Below are positions 49,033 through 56,961 of a DNA stretch of 64,000 nt, piece by piece; position 1 is the stretch's first letter, and every line of letters begins with the position of its first letter. Both the position numbers and the translations under genes were made by a program. The notes beneath the pieces are model-generated. The model saw nothing but the letters and a program-made list of their open reading frames with translations, made no database searches and was not told the DNA's origin. The stretch is from an uncultured Candidatus Saccharibacteria bacterium (GTDB lineage Bacteria; Patescibacteriota; Minisyncoccia; Phycocordibacterales; Zambryskibacteraceae): NCBI GenBank assembly GCA_964355645.1, contig CAYHDI010000003.1:887-64886 (forward strand), in the 5' to 3' direction.

Positions 49033-50597
49033 ATATCGTTGAAGTTGTGGGCTCTTACCTCAAACTAGAAAAATCGGGCCAGAATTTCAAAGGTAAATGT
49101 CCGTTCCATAATGAGAAGACGCCATCCTTTTTCGTGTCGCCTACCAGACAAAGTTTTTATTGTTTTGGTTGTGGGGCCAAAGGGGATATCTTCAGTATTG
49201 TAGAGGAAATGGAAGGAGTAGATTTCAAGGGTGCCCTCAAACTTCTCGCCGAACGGGCCGGAGTCGAAATAGAATACACCCGAGGTGAATCTAAAACAGA
49301 AAAAGATAAACTTTATAATGCCCTTGAGGATGCCTCTTTATTTTTCGAATCAGAATTAGAGAAAAAATCCGAAGCTTTGAAATATCTTGAATCAAGAGGA
49401 GTTTCAGAGGAGTCGATTAAAAATTGGAGATTGGGTTTTGCTCCGAATGAGTGGAGAGGTTTGTTTTCAAATCTTAGTGCTTTAGGATATTCCAAGGAAA
49501 CTTTACTCAGGGCTGGGTTAGTGAAATTGGCTGATAAGGAAGACAAGGAAAAAACCCCGTACGATGTTTTCAGAGGCAGAATAACCTTCCCAATCTTCGA
49601 TTCAAGTGGAAAGGTAATTGCCTTTTCTGGACGCGCACTTGATAAGGAGACTGAACCGAAATACTTAAACACACCCGAAACTGTTTTATTCACCAAAAGT
49701 GAAGTATTGTACGGATTGGACAAAGCCAAGGATGATATTCGCAAGAAAAATTATGCGGTGCTTGTTGAGGGTCAACTTGATTTGGTCCTCTCTCATCAAG
49801 GGGGAGTGAAAAACACCGTGGCTTCGTCAGGCACCGCCTTTACCCAAGAACATCTTCTACGATTAAAACGACTTTCTCCGAGAATTATCCTGGCGTTTGA
49901 TGGAGATGGGGCAGGAGAGAAAGCGGCCGAGAAAAGCGCTCTGTTGAGCCTTTCTCTGGGAATGGAGGTCAAGATAGCTAGACTTCCTTTTGGGAGCGAC
50001 CCAGCGGATTTGTCTAAAGAGAATCCCGAAGAATGGAAAGAAGTATTGAGAAAAGCCACCCATGCTATAGAGTTCGTTCTCAACAAAATTATTGAAACAG
50101 AAAATGATGAACGAAAGTTGGGCAAAGCCATAAACCTTAAAGTCCTACCGATGATTACTTTGCTTGAAAGTTCGATTGAACGTTCGCATTTTGTTTCTCT
50201 TATTGCCAAACAAACAGGTTTAAGAGAAGAAATAATCTGGGAGGATTTGAGAAGGACCAAGGTGCCGGATATTCTTCAAATCAAAAGTACTAGAGAAGAT
50301 TCAGAAGAGATTCAAGAAGTTGGGAATAGACTTCATACCATGAGAGAGAGAATAGAAGAGAAACTTGTTGAAGTAACCAGTTGGTTAAAAGACTTGGCTG
50401 AGGATTCAGAAGAATACAAGAAATTAAAAAAAGAAGAGATTGAACTCATGGCCCGATTAAATATAGCCAAACTTGAAGAAGAAAGGGCGGGCCTGCAAAC
50501 AGAACTCGCACGTGGCCCAGGCGAGTCAGAAGAATTGAGTCAGAAAATTATCGGGTTAAATTTACGAATAGATGAAGAGAAGAGAAAAATAGTATAG
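48996..50597 (+). CDS. dnaG: DNA primase
   Basis: CPFHNEKTPSF..CFGC zinc finger, KYLNTPET, VEGQLD, FDGD. Confidence 0.96.
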   Translation: MRGTVDSIKERLDIVEVVGSYLKLEKSGQNFKGKCPFHNEKTPSFFVSPTRQSFYCFGCGAKGDIFSIVEEMEGVDFKGALKLLAERAGVEIEYTRGESKTEKDKLYNALEDASLFFESELEKKSEALKYLESRGVSEESIKNWRLGFAPNEWRGLFSNLSALGYSKETLLRAGLVKLADKEDKEKTPYDVFRGRITFPIFDSSGKVIAFSGRALDKETEPKYLNTPETVLFTKSEVLYGLDKAKDDIRKKNYAVLVEGQLDLVLSHQGGVKNTVASSGTAFTQEHLLRLKRLSPRIILAFDGDGAGEKAAEKSALLSLSLGMEVKIARLPFGSDPADLSKENPEEWKEVLRKATHAIEFVLNKIIETENDERKLGKAINLKVLPMITLLESSIERSHFVSLIAKQTGLREEIIWEDLRRTKVPDILQIKSTREDSEEIQEVGNRLHTMRERIEEKLVEVTSWLKDLAEDSEEYKKLKKEEIELMARLNIAKLEEERAGLQTELARGPGESEELSQKIIGLNLRIDEEKRKIV

Positions 50598-50611
50598 AAT
50601 AATATTTTCTA

Positions 50612-51856
50612 ATGAAAAACACCAAAAAACAAAAAAAAGGACGCAAAGCCCATCCAAAGAAAGTGGTCAAGCCCCGACGCGCTACGCGATCGGGGTCCCG
50701 ACCACTGCGTGCGTCGGGAAAAAAAGTTCATAAAAAAATTATCAAAAAAGTTTCTAAGCCAATAAAAATCAAAAAAACAAAAAAAGCGGCTGACGAATTA
50801 ATCAAAATCGAACGACTTATAAAGAAAGGCAAAGATAAAGGCTTCGTGACCTTCGATGAGATTCTCAAGGAATTCCCAACGGCCGAAGATAACATTATTT
50901 TCCTTGATAGTTTGTATGACAGACTCAATGTTTTAGGTATAGATATTCTTGAAAGCGGAGGATTGCTTGAGATGCCTGTCGAGGAAACCGGCAAGAAATA
51001 TTCGTATAGCAAATCTGATTCTTCTTATGACTCAATCCAAATGTATTTGAAGGAGATTGGTCAATACCCACTTATCCCAGGTTCTATGGAAAAGGAATTG
51101 GCGAAGAGAATTGAACAAGGTGATGAAGATGCGAAGAACCTTTTGGCCAAAGCAAACTTGCGTTTAGTAGTGTCTATAGCTAAAAAGTATGCGAATCGAA
51201 GCCCCGACCTGACTCTTCTTGATCTTATTCAAGAAGGGAACCTCGGCTTATTCAAAGCGGTTGATAAGTTTGATTGGACTAAAGGTTATAAATTTTCAAC
51301 CTATGCGACTTGGTGGATTAGACAAGCTATCACTCGGGCCCTCGCAGATCAATCACGTACAATTCGTGTGCCCGTGCACATGGTTGAGACTATTGCCAAG
51401 TACAAACAAGTTGTTCGTCGTTTGACTCAAGATCTCGGGCGCGAACCTCTGGCTGAAGAGATTGCTATGGAAATGAACCTTGATGTAGAGAAAGTTTATC
51501 AAATAGAAAAAATTGATCAGGCCACAGTTTCTCTTGAAAATCCGGTTGGGGATGATGGAGATGATGGAAAGTCTAAACTCGGAGATTTCATTGCGGATGA
51601 CAAGATTATTGCTCCGGATATGGAATCCTCGCGTCGCATCATTCAAGACCAAGTGAAAGAAATTCTCGGCGACCTCCCTCCGAAAGAACGCAAAATTCTC
51701 GAAATGAGACACGGATTAACAGACGGTTATACTCACACCCTTGAAGAAGTGGGGAAAGTTTTCGGTGTCACTCGTGAACGTATCAGACAAATTGAAGCCA
51801 AAGCACACGAAAAGATTCGCCAACACGAGAAAATTAATCGTCTTCGCGGATATTAA
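50612..51856 (+). CDS. rpoD: Primary sigma factor
   Basis: [48 protein letters not shown]; Lys-rich N-terminus. Confidence 0.96.
   Translation: MKNTKKQKKGRKAHPKKVVKPRRATRSGSRPLRASGKKVHKKIIKKVSKPIKIKKTKKAADELIKIERLIKKGKDKGFVTFDEILKEFPTAEDNIIFLDSLYDRLNVLGIDILESGGLLEMPVEETGKKYSYSKSDSSYDSIQMYLKEIGQYPLIPGSMEKELAKRIEQGDEDAKNLLAKANLRLVVSIAKKYANRSPDLTLLDLIQEGNLGLFKAVDKFDWTKGYKFSTYATWWIRQAITRALADQSRTIRVPVHMVETIAKYKQVVRRLTQDLGREPLAEEIAMEMNLDVEKVYQIEKIDQATVSLENPVGDDGDDGKSKLGDFIADDKIIAPDMESSRRIIQDQVKEILGDLPPKERKILEMRHGLTDGYTHTLEEVGKVFGVTRERIRQIEAKAHEKIRQHEKINRLRGY
50671..50719 (+). repeat. Family A element in frame within rpoD
   Basis: gccccgacgc..tcggggtcccgac-cactgcgtgc-gtcggga; encodes [16 protein letters not shown]. 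Confidence 0.85.
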
Positions 51857-51888
51857 TTTTTAAGCAAGAACGGTTCTTGCTTAAAAAT
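51856..51888. repeat. Perfect 16-bp-arm palindrome after rpoD
   Basis: atttttaagcaagaac-g-gttcttgcttaaaaat. Confidence 0.8.
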
Positions 51889-51990
51889 GATAACGCCTGG
51901 AAAAAAATAGCAAGAATTTTTATTCATTAAGAAAAGCACCGAGGTCAGTCGGTGCGGTCAGATGGTACAGCGTTGTAGTTTGTTTTAGAA

Positions 51991-52137
51991 CTAGGACCAA
52001 GAACTTGGGGTTCTGTTTTTGCGTCTCCCACGAAATTCGAAGTGTAAATACAATCCCCACAGTGCGTTCACGGCTATCACGAGGATTGCTGGAGCGAAAA
52101 GAGGATCATGAAAATGTGCAAGTATCCAATTCAGCAT
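51991..52137 (-). CDS. Small membrane protein (uncertain)
   Basis: MLNWILAHF..single TM..basic tail; own TTGACT/TGCTACATT promoter upstream. Confidence 0.45.
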   Translation of the reverse strand: MLNWILAHFHDPLFAPAILVIAVNALWGLYLHFEFRGRRKNRTPSSWS

Positions 52138-52208
52138 GGTTTGGGTTCCAGAAGGGGTGAGGAGTACAGGCCTAACTTCAATGTAGCACAAAGAGTCTAA
52201 AAGTCAAT

Positions 52209-53786
52209 TTAAACTAAATCTACAAAGAATTTCCAGAGACGATACATAGCCAGGGTGTCGAGCTTGCAGTATTCAAGCATTTCCTTTTTCTTTTTTTCTA
52301 TATCTTTACTTTTCAATTTGCCTGAAACAATCTTCTCATAGGCATCAATGGCTTCAGTCCCACTCTTCACTCCCAAATCCTTATAGGACAAATCTTTAAT
52401 TAAGGCAGGCAGGACTTTCTTGATTGATGAGCGTCCAAGGAAATCTGGATGCACATAATGTTGGTCCTCAACTATTTTCATCAAATCATATGTTCGATGG
52501 ATAATATCATCAAAAAACTTTTTGTATTTCGGAAGCATATTTCCCAATTCCTTGTTTCTAGTATTTTCAAACGCGGCGTACCAAGAAATGATGCTTCCTT
52601 TGTTGCCTATACGTTCATGAAGACTTTCGGCGATTCTTTCTGCTGGGTCTCCATCAAAAATTAAACATTCATAATGCTCTGGTAAACTGTCTAGTTTCTG
52701 CAAGACGTGCAGAGAATATTGAAAAACAATATGTTGATACGGTTTGTATCCATTGTATCGAGGAATAGCTGTTGGACATGTCTCATAATCTAGGAAATAA
52801 AGAGGGAAGCTGAGCGAATCAAGTTCGGCTTTCAGAGATTCACCGTTCACCATTGGTTTTTGAGATTTATGAACCAAAACTTGATTAAGCTTTTTGTTCT
52901 GTAGGCGTTCATCAACTGGTACGTCTTTCATATCAAGAATCCCAGCATCCAAAAGTTCAGTCAAATATTTTTTGCTATTTCCAATTCTATTCAAATCATG
53001 AACACTATAGGCAGGCACGTTCTTTTCTCTGTTATTGTAAGCGAAAGTAGTACAATGCGATGTGCGACCTTTGTAGAAACACGAACACGGGCCAACTTGC
53101 TCTCTATCAGAAGACAAATATTTGTAGGCTTCCTCCATTTCTATCTCGACTGTTGGGCGAAATTCATCTATGGCTTCGGTTTTGTCTTCGATGATGAAAA
53201 GTGCCCCGGGAGTGAAGTCCAATTCTCCCTCTCGAGTGTAATTTTTGTTCAGTCTGATTAAATATTTTTTATTAAGCTTCACTCCACAATCAGTGACCAC
53301 GTTGGCCTGAAAGGCCAAATCGTATTCATATTGGATTTCCTTTTTGTGTTTCTTTTTGATTTTTCTCCCGACGTTAACAGTCGGGACCCCGGCCTCTTCG
53401 AGCGTCGGGGCGTCCTCATCTTCAGTAGAAGACATCTTGATTTCATACAAATCGTAGCTTTCTGCTTCAGAATTCCATTTCAAAACATCCGTAGCCGCAA
53501 GATATTTGTCCGTTTCAAAGACGGCCTGAAATATCACAGGCATTTTCTCAGCCATGAGTTTCTGGGTTAATTTCTGTGCGCCGGCTCCTCGTTTCTCGAC
53601 CAAATACCCGTTCGGAAACATTCCTCGAGCCAGGAGTTCCACATCATTTCCCATCTCAGCAAGGGACTTTTCGAAATCTGATAATTCGAAATCATTATAA
53701 ATTTCAGGTTTATGCCATTTAACCCAAATGTTTTTCGCGCATTCCCTATAGGAAATGAAATCTGTTTTGGATAAAGTGAGCCCCAT
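52209..53786 (-). CDS. DUF2779-domain putative nuclease
   Basis: LSKTDF..C.K, DVL..YEIK (PD-(D/E)xK-like), FLDYET, FQYSLH, SIKKVLP, LEYCKLDT. Confidence 0.8.
   Translation of the reverse strand: MGLTLSKTDFISYRECAKNIWVKWHKPEIYNDFELSDFEKSLAEMGNDVELLARGMFPNGYLVEKRGAGAQKLTQKLMAEKMPVIFQAVFETDKYLAATDVLKWNSEAESYDLYEIKMSSTEDEDAPTLEEAGVPTVNVGRKIKKKHKKEIQYEYDLAFQANVVTDCGVKLNKKYLIRLNKNYTREGELDFTPGALFIIEDKTEAIDEFRPTVEIEMEEAYKYLSSDREQVGPCSCFYKGRTSHCTTFAYNNREKNVPAYSVHDLNRIGNSKKYLTELLDAGILDMKDVPVDERLQNKKLNQVLVHKSQKPMVNGESLKAELDSLSFPLYFLDYETCPTAIPRYNGYKPYQHIVFQYSLHVLQKLDSLPEHYECLIFDGDPAERIAESLHERIGNKGSIISWYAAFENTRNKELGNMLPKYKKFFDDIIHRTYDLMKIVEDQHYVHPDFLGRSSIKKVLPALIKDLSYKDLGVKSGTEAIDAYEKIVSGKLKSKDIEKKKKEMLEYCKLDTLAMYRLWKFFVDLV
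53366..53411 (-). repeat. Family A element in frame within the DUF2779 gene
   Basis: Minus strand gccccgacgctcgaagaggccggggtcccgactgttaacgtcggga; encodes APTLEEAGVPTVNVG. Confidence 0.85.
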
Positions 53787-53795
53787 ACATAGTGA

Positions 53796-54506
53796 TTATT
53801 TAATTAGAGAATCAAGTTGCAGTTTCACTCGGGCGAAAGGCTGGGCGCCATTTATTGTATCAACATTTTTCCCATTAACCATGATAACTGAATAGGGGGT
53901 GCCAAGTGCCCCGGCTCGTTCAGCGGCGACCACAGAATCCTCAACAAACTTTGTGAACTTACCACTCGAAAGACAACTGTTGAATACGGTGACATCAAGC
54001 CCGATGTCCTTCGCAATGACTGGCAACTCAGCTGGGTCCAAACCATTATTCGAGGGGGTAATTTCGAAGATTTTGTCCACAAATTTCCAGAACGCTGAGT
54101 TTCCACCCTGGTCCGCAGCGCATTCGCTCGCTTCGGATTCTTTCCCGGCTCTTGGATGTAGAGCGTTCGCTCCTTGATAAATAGGGAATTGCCTGTAGAC
54201 CCAAGCTACCTTTCCATCATAAGTATTTATGATGCTTTGCATGGTGTTGTGAAATGTTTTGCAAAATGGACATTCAAAATCGGAATACTCGACCACGACA
54301 ATCTGGGCATTTCGACTACCAATAATATGGTCCTGGTCCGTCACTGGGGCGACAATGACTGAGGGATTGTTTGTGTTGGCTTGAGTGCCTGTCAAACTTC
54401 TTGTTGGGTCTTTCGGCCCTCCGAAATATACCGCTCCGGCCACGAGAAGTCCTGCGACAATGATGGCCAAAGGCACGAGCAAGCTATTGTTTTTTGTATT
54501 ATCCAT
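53796..54506 (-). CDS. DsbA-family thiol:disulfide oxidoreductase
   Basis: TM anchor, EYSDFECPFC, GTP, GAQP. Confidence 0.92.
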   Translation of the reverse strand: MDNTKNNSLLVPLAIIVAGLLVAGAVYFGGPKDPTRSLTGTQANTNNPSVIVAPVTDQDHIIGSRNAQIVVVEYSDFECPFCKTFHNTMQSIINTYDGKVAWVYRQFPIYQGANALHPRAGKESEASECAADQGGNSAFWKFVDKIFEITPSNNGLDPAELPVIAKDIGLDVTVFNSCLSSGKFTKFVEDSVVAAERAGALGTPYSVIMVNGKNVDTINGAQPFARVKLQLDSLIK

Positions 54507-54556
54507 TAAGTTCGAAATTATGGTTATTGGAGCATTATATCATTGCTCGTGGTTTA

Positions 54557-55132
54557 TTAGAAAGGCAGAGTAAATGTGAGTTTATGTTCGTTCGGCTCTT
54601 CCCATTTGGAAGTATCAAGTTTGATTTCATTCAAATTACCACCTTCTTTAAAAATGAGTTTATTATTTTCGCGGGCAAAATCATAAATCGCTTTGGTAAT
54701 CCTCACATCATCAATACAATATTCACGAATTTTCTCTATCTCGCCGTTTCTCCACCAATTCACGGCTTCTATCCCGTGCCCAATCTTATTCTTGCCGAGC
54801 GTACCTTCGGCCAGTTGGTCGAGTTTCATTCTGCGTCCATATGATGATTGAATTTCTTTGAGGATATCCAAACTTTTTATTTTCGTCAGGTCGCCCGGAT
54901 AATATTTGTTCAAAAGAGGAATGTCGAAGTGGTCAGAATTAAAACCGATGAGCATATCTGCCCGTTCGAGGATGGGCCAAAGCTTCGGTAATTCTTCTTC
55001 TAGGTATGAGGAGTATTCGTCAGTTTCTGAATCATGAATACAAACCATGGAAATATCTAAAAGAGTCGGGTCATTCTTACCCACATCAGAAAAAAAGTTT
55101 TTGGTTTCTATGTCGAAAGTAATCTTACGCAT
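54557..55132 (-). CDS. RNase H-like (YprB/RNase_H_2) exonuclease-domain protein
   Basis: FDIET, GFN..FD.P, YCIDDV. Confidence 0.85.
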   Translation of the reverse strand: MRKITFDIETKNFFSDVGKNDPTLLDISMVCIHDSETDEYSSYLEEELPKLWPILERADMLIGFNSDHFDIPLLNKYYPGDLTKIKSLDILKEIQSSYGRRMKLDQLAEGTLGKNKIGHGIEAVNWWRNGEIEKIREYCIDDVRITKAIYDFARENNKLIFKEGGNLNEIKLDTSKWEEPNEHKLTFTLPF

Positions 55133-55889
55133 ATGGACCCAGTTTGTGTGTCTCAAGGAAATCACGAAGAGTAATATCTCCCATACCGAAACCAACAGCA
55201 GGTGTCAATTCTACATCAAATAATTCTAAAAGATTGTCGTATCTTCCACCTCCTGCAATAGCTCGCGGATTTTCTGTGTTAGTGTCGAATATTTCAAAAA
55301 CTATTCCGGTGTAATAAGTTTGTCCTCGAGCAAGTGTTTGGTCAGAAACAATGTTTGGTGCAATATCTTTGAATATTTCAGGATTAGAATTGTTTACTCT
55401 GATTTCAAAATCTTCATCTCTTGCTCCAAACTCTTTCATGATTGAATAAGCCAAAGAGATTATCTCTCTATCTCCTTCAATTCCCGCTATGCCCAAAAGA
55501 TCAGCGTTGAGTTGCCAGTGTTCACGCTTTCTGCCTCGTTGGGGCTTTTCATATCGAAAAAGGTTTGGGATAGAATACCAGCGAAGAGGAAATTTCAAAC
55601 TCTTTCTTCTCCCAGCCACCATGCGGGCAAGCGTGGGAGTCATTTCTGGACGAAGGGTAACAGATCGATCTCCGCGGTCGGTGAAGGTAAAGGTTTGCTC
55701 GTTGACTATCTCTTCGCCGGACTTCTCGCTATAAATTTCGGTAGGTTCAAGTATGGAAGCGCCGTATTCTTCATAGTTAAACTTTTCCGCTATTTTTTTC
55801 CATGTATTAAAAATATAATTCTGAATAGCCATATCTTCAGGATAAAAATCCCTTACACCCTTGTATGGAGCTGTATCAAGTTTGGACAT
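55125..55889 (-). CDS. hisS: Histidyl-tRNA synthetase, miniature (254 aa)
   Basis: KGVRDFYP, LRPEMT, FRYEKPQRGR.REHWQ, RGQTYYTG..FE, GGGRYDNL, AVGFGMG. Confidence 0.85.
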   Translation of the reverse strand: MSKLDTAPYKGVRDFYPEDMAIQNYIFNTWKKIAEKFNYEEYGASILEPTEIYSEKSGEEIVNEQTFTFTDRGDRSVTLRPEMTPTLARMVAGRRKSLKFPLRWYSIPNLFRYEKPQRGRKREHWQLNADLLGIAGIEGDREIISLAYSIMKEFGARDEDFEIRVNNSNPEIFKDIAPNIVSDQTLARGQTYYTGIVFEIFDTNTENPRAIAGGGRYDNLLELFDVELTPAVGFGMGDITLRDFLETHKLGPYA

Positions 55890-55935
55890 GAATCTAGTAT
55901 ATCAAAGAGCGGATAGTTAAACCAAGTTATTTATA

Positions 55936-56520
55936 GTATACGATATATGATATACTAAAATGGAATATATAAAATAGGAAACAAATGTATACGATATATC
56001 GAATACGAAGAATATAATATTCATGAACACATGCCACATATTTCAAAAAGAAAATTAGAACAAAGACATCTCGACCATTTGTACAATGAACTGATTTGTA
56101 CTCTCGAACGTGCTACAAACAAAATGAAAACCAAACAGGTGCTCGGACAATTTCTAACTCATACGGAGAAAATTATGTTAACCAAACGTTTAGCAGCCAT
56201 AGCCATGCTTTCGAAAAATGTGCCGGTGTACGATGTAGCCAATGCACTCTCAATGAGCCCCTCGACTATTGATCGCATGTCGCTCAAATTTGAAAATCAC
56301 AAATATGATTTTGTTATAAAAAACGGTTTGGGGAAGAAGGATATTTGGAGCATTTTGGAGGACATTCTCACTCTAGGCGGGAACTTGCCGTTTAAAACAG
56401 ATAAAAATCGTTGGAGAGCACTGAACAAATCTGTGCGTGATGAAAAGTTAAAGAATAGCTGATTTGTTTGTAAACCGATGATTATCTGACTACGGGTAAT
56501 GTATACGATATATGATATAC
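55936..56520. repeat. Three copies of a 20-bp imperfect palindrome flanking the TrpR-like gene (family F)
   Basis: gtatacgatatatgatatac at 55936 and 56501 (identical); gtatacgatatatcgaatac at 55987. Confidence 0.85.
56031..56462 (+). CDS. TrpR/YerC-YecD-like HTH protein
   Basis: MPHISKRKL, FLTHTEKIMLTKRLA..ML, VANAL.MSPSTI.R. Confidence 0.75.
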   Translation: MPHISKRKLEQRHLDHLYNELICTLERATNKMKTKQVLGQFLTHTEKIMLTKRLAAIAMLSKNVPVYDVANALSMSPSTIDRMSLKFENHKYDFVIKNGLGKKDIWSILEDILTLGGNLPFKTDKNRWRALNKSVRDEKLKNS

Positions 56521-56579
56521 AAAATAAAGTGATTGGAAATATGAATAAAGAAGAAACCCCGTAGCAAACCATTGCTGGT

Positions 56580-56861
56580 TCACCACGGGGCGGGCACTTT
56601 ACCGATGAGTGTATCGCCGTACAGTTCGATGACCAAGTGCCCCGCTTGCTTGAACGAAGAATACACTCGTTCGCAAGCTTCGAGGGATGTGACTGCCGTG
56701 TCGATGTGCGTGGTCGTGTCGACACGCAGACGAGGAACGTTCTGGCTCTCCTTGAACAATTGGTCGATGTACGCTTTCTCCCCTGCGTCGTTTTTCTGCT
56801 CGTTGCACGCAGAAAGAAGGGCGAGAACTGGGACGAGGAACAGCATCATGCAGTAGCGCAT
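56580..56861 (-). CDS. Small putative lipoprotein
   Basis: Lipobox LLSAC after a hydrophobic stretch; GC-richer than flanks; start uncertain. Confidence 0.5.
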   Translation of the reverse strand: MRYCMMLFLVPVLALLSACNEQKNDAGEKAYIDQLFKESQNVPRLRVDTTTHIDTAVTSLEACERVYSSFKQAGHLVIELYGDTLIGKVPAPW

Positions 56862-56961
56862 TTGGAGCTCCGAAGAGTGGGGCACTGGGCCCGTGAATAG
56901 AGCAGTTTAGGCGTAATGCCTGCCTGTGCATATCCTAGCATACATCACAAAAAAGTCAAGT

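Noticed and set aside
55936-56520. Possible CRISPR array
   Set aside because: Only three 20-bp copies with irregular spacing (51 and 514 nt) and no cas genes.
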